A stretch of 64,000 nt of DNA, filler included, from Perkinsus olseni (Eukaryota), in the NCBI GenBank assembly GCA_013115125.1. It is 17 parts of 17 records of this genome, joined end to end, with 100 filler letters (N's around TTAATTAATTAA, not from the genome) between each part and the next. Parts side by side here need not be neighbours in the genome. Positions count along the whole stretch, not along the records: positions 60,648 to 64,000 come from JABANN010001416.1; 16 more parts are not named here. One strand, given 5' to 3'. Under the pieces are notes generated by a model. That model did not search any database, was not told the DNA's origin, and saw only the letters and a list, made by a program, of their open reading frames with translations. The translations under genes and the position numbers were made by a program. Of the stretch, positions 61,229 through 64,000 are shown piece after piece. Numbering within the stretch: position 1 is the stretch's first letter; every line of letters begins with the position of its first letter.

Positions 61229-62887
61229 TTGTTGCCTATGAAGAAGAAGCTGCCATATACTACGTCCGGTCGCACTCTGGAAAGCGGTTCTATGTCTATG
61301 ATGTCTCCCCTTCCTATGTTGAGAGGGCATCGAAGGGTTCGTATAGGCACGAGATTCGTTCCCATACTAAATTCACGCGAGCCCCTGCTGAAATACGAGT
61401 GGCAGCAGCCGATACTTTGCGTGAGATGGTTATTGTTGGCAAGCTGGAGCCTGTCATCGCCGACGATAAGTTCGACACCCATTATGGTTGCCTACCCCCC
61501 GGTCTTGTTGCTTGCTCCAATACTTATCCTGTTGGTGGTGACTCTTCGGGACGACGTGTTCGGCCAATATTCCCGTACTTAATGTTGAACAAGAAGACTG
61601 ATGTGAAAGCCTTCAAGTTCCACCAGCAAGAACTGGCGAAGATCCTTACTAAATCCCGATATTATGCTGTGTGCACTTGGACCGATATTGCTGATGCTTT
61701 CATGTCCATTCGGTGTTCACCTCGAGCGCGTAGCTGTTTGGGTTTATATTGCCCAGAAATTGAAACGTGTAAGGGAAAAGTGAGTTATGAGTCCCCTCCT
61801 CAGGCTCTGAGAGGCTGGTTTCGTTTCACTCGCACTCCTTATGGCTACTCGCCATCTCCGTGGGTGCTAGAGCAATGTGCTCAGCACGCCCTCCGGAGGG
61901 GCTCGATCGAGTTTAGGTTGCCAAGCACCGTTAGGTATCAGCCAACTACCCCTGCCAACGACTTTAGCGACGAATCGGTCGAGAAGTTGGTCTCTAGCGA
62001 AAGCTCGCCAAGTGTCAGTCCGGAGCTTTTGAACTACATGGACGACTGTCTGGCTATGCTCGGCTTGACTCTGGTCTTGATCCCCAACGCGCTCCGTGAG
62101 CTTTGTTCGGCTATGGTGGAGTATGTCAGATCGATACTGCTGGATGCACCTGAAGGATCCTAAGACTATTACCTTCGAGCACAAGGACTTTACTGCTAAT
62201 GGTGTCTACTACCACTCCCCCTACGTCATTGGTTGGCCACCCGAACGTCTTCGTGCTGTCAAAAGTGTGAGACTATCGACACCGGTATCCTATCGGGAAG
62301 CGTTAGAGTTCCTTGGTATCCTTCATGTCGTGGCATGCTGGTTACTCCCACCGTGGATTATTCTTCGCAAAAACTGTTTGCAGAGCCTACTGCAGCAGAG
62401 ATTGCATGAAGATAATGCTGGATGGGATGAAGCTATTGATGATGACTGTTACCCTCTGTTGGAAGAGCTCATGAGTTCTCTCCAATCACGGCAGTTGGAG
62501 CAGTATAATGTGTTCCGTCGGATTATTTGTTGGGCTCCGCTGCATATCTACTGTGATGCCTCCTCGTATGCATATGGCTATGTGGTTGGGCAATGCTACG
62601 AGGACATTTCGGTCAACTTAGATGAGCAGCAGAAGAAAGATTTGGGTGCTGAGCTGGCTAGCATCCATGGCGATCTTGCTCCGCGTCAGGATGCGACGGG
62701 GCGATTATTTATTCCACTGTGGTTCCGCCAAGTTCTGTTCTCTCGTGTCGGTCAGCTTACTGCCCACATCAACACCAAAGAAGTCTTCGGAGCGACCTCT
62801 GCTATTGTAGGCGTGATATCAACTGTTGGTAGCCTACATCAAGCCCGCTTGGAGATTTACACCGACAATGCCAGTTGCCTCAAGGTG

Positions 62888-63216
62888 TGTTAGATCCTAA
62901 TTGGGGAAACGCAAAAACCCAACTAAGGTCTTGAGCCAAGATGGCTACGGATTATATACGGAATAATACTGAGCATGCAACTCATCGCAACACTTTAAAT
63001 TCGGCATCATCAACTCGGACAGTTTCACAGCCAGCCGTTTCGGAGCCGTCCCATAGGATATCCAGGGCGCCTGACCTGCGCACGCCACAGACCCTACCTG
63101 ACGACCAGTAACGGCGAGGACGTCGAACACCAGCTGAGACACCAGTAGCAACAGAGATGCGCATCCCAACGCGAGAGGGAAGCGGGTCATCTATGAGACT
63201 GTCTTCGGTCTCATCA
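62888..63216. mobile_element. 329-bp TG...CA insertion (solo-LTR-like) in RNase H
   Basis: Flanked by duplicated GTG; removal gives CLKVLRMWKP, matching copy A CCKMLKHWKP. Confidence 0.75.
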
Positions 63217-64000
63217 GTGTTACGTATGTGGAAACCAGCTCCGCCGGGCGACAGTGTTGTTGACGCTGCGCAGTCTCTTATGCAGGAAAGGTTCCTGCGA
63301 GCGGTATCTTCATGTGTGTCCGAGCAGCATCTTCGAGCTCTACGAGTTCACTTTGTCCCAGGGACCAGCAATCCCGCAGATAAGTTAACCCGCGATGACT
63401 TCACCGAGAAAGCTATCATGCTGATGCCATCAAAGAAGTCTATCCGTCAACATCAGCAGTGCCAGGTCCGCCAGCCACCGACTCCAGCCTGGAGTCTCCA
63501 GGATTCTTGAAGCTCACACCAAGTTCATCGCAACCTCCTAATATTTTGACGGCTCACCCCGGTATTCTGGAAGGAGTTTAGTTGCTACTCGATTGTCAAC
63601 CCTAGGGAAGCTGGCTCGCATTCTGCGAGCTTGGCATTTAGTGGTTCGGAAGGAGGGTGAGGCCCTCACTTCCCTCACCGTGAGGGAAGTACGAGGCCTG
63701 CGGAATCTGGTATTCGCCTTGGTTTTCAACAATGGTTATGTGAGAAGCAAGAGCCTCTGCAGATTGACACCAATGACAACCGTTTCTTGAAAATCGGTCT
63801 CTTATGGTATCAGGTCACCCTATTCTCGCCAGCTGGTGATCTCATCCCCCAACTACTGCTGCCCAGCTCTAAGGATGATGATGGTATCTTGGCGAATCTG
63901 GTTTGGCACCTGCACTTTTCTACAGCTCATTCCTGTCCGGCCATAGTGCTGGGTTTAGTCAGGAACTACTGTGTTTGGCAAAAACAACGACGCTTTGTGC

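Larger units (their letters stand above)
60648..64000 (+). mobile_element. divergent BEL/Pao-like LTR retrotransposon, copy B (PR end-RT-RH-integrase start) with two nested insertions
   Basis: Colinear with copy A: DIADAF, TPYGYSPSP, NYMDD, WDEAI, LHIYCDASSYAYG, HINTKE, HFVPGTSNPADKLTR; WHLHFSTAH integrase zinc-finger start near 63905. Confidence 0.78.

Overview
This window is not one locus. It is 17 unrelated ~3.3-3.8 kb contigs joined by artificial N-TTAATTAATTAA-N spacers. The source is a protist with short GT-AG introns; the Cys-rich secreted family and the microsatellite-laden genes suggest Perkinsus (inference only). Host genes: VMP1, a probable CstF-77, an MBOAT acyltransferase, queuine tRNA-ribosyltransferase, an MFS transporter, tRNA-Arg(UCU) and several small secreted proteins. 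Retroelements: two Ty3/Gypsy pol genes, an RNase H-bearing LINE plus truncated LINE 3' ends, a DIRS-type tyrosine-recombinase element, and two copies of a divergent BEL/Pao-like family. Several MITE-like insertions are also present. The standout is 7731-11479, a compact element carrying a spliced CRESS-type HUH Rep with an SF3 helicase and a Tc1-type DD34E transposase, with no capsid gene. It is bracketed by ~200-bp direct terminal repeats, each with Tc1-like TIRs and an internal 20-bp-stem hairpin. It is a candidate hybrid rolling-circle/DDE mobile element. All family calls come from motifs read by eye; no database searches were run.
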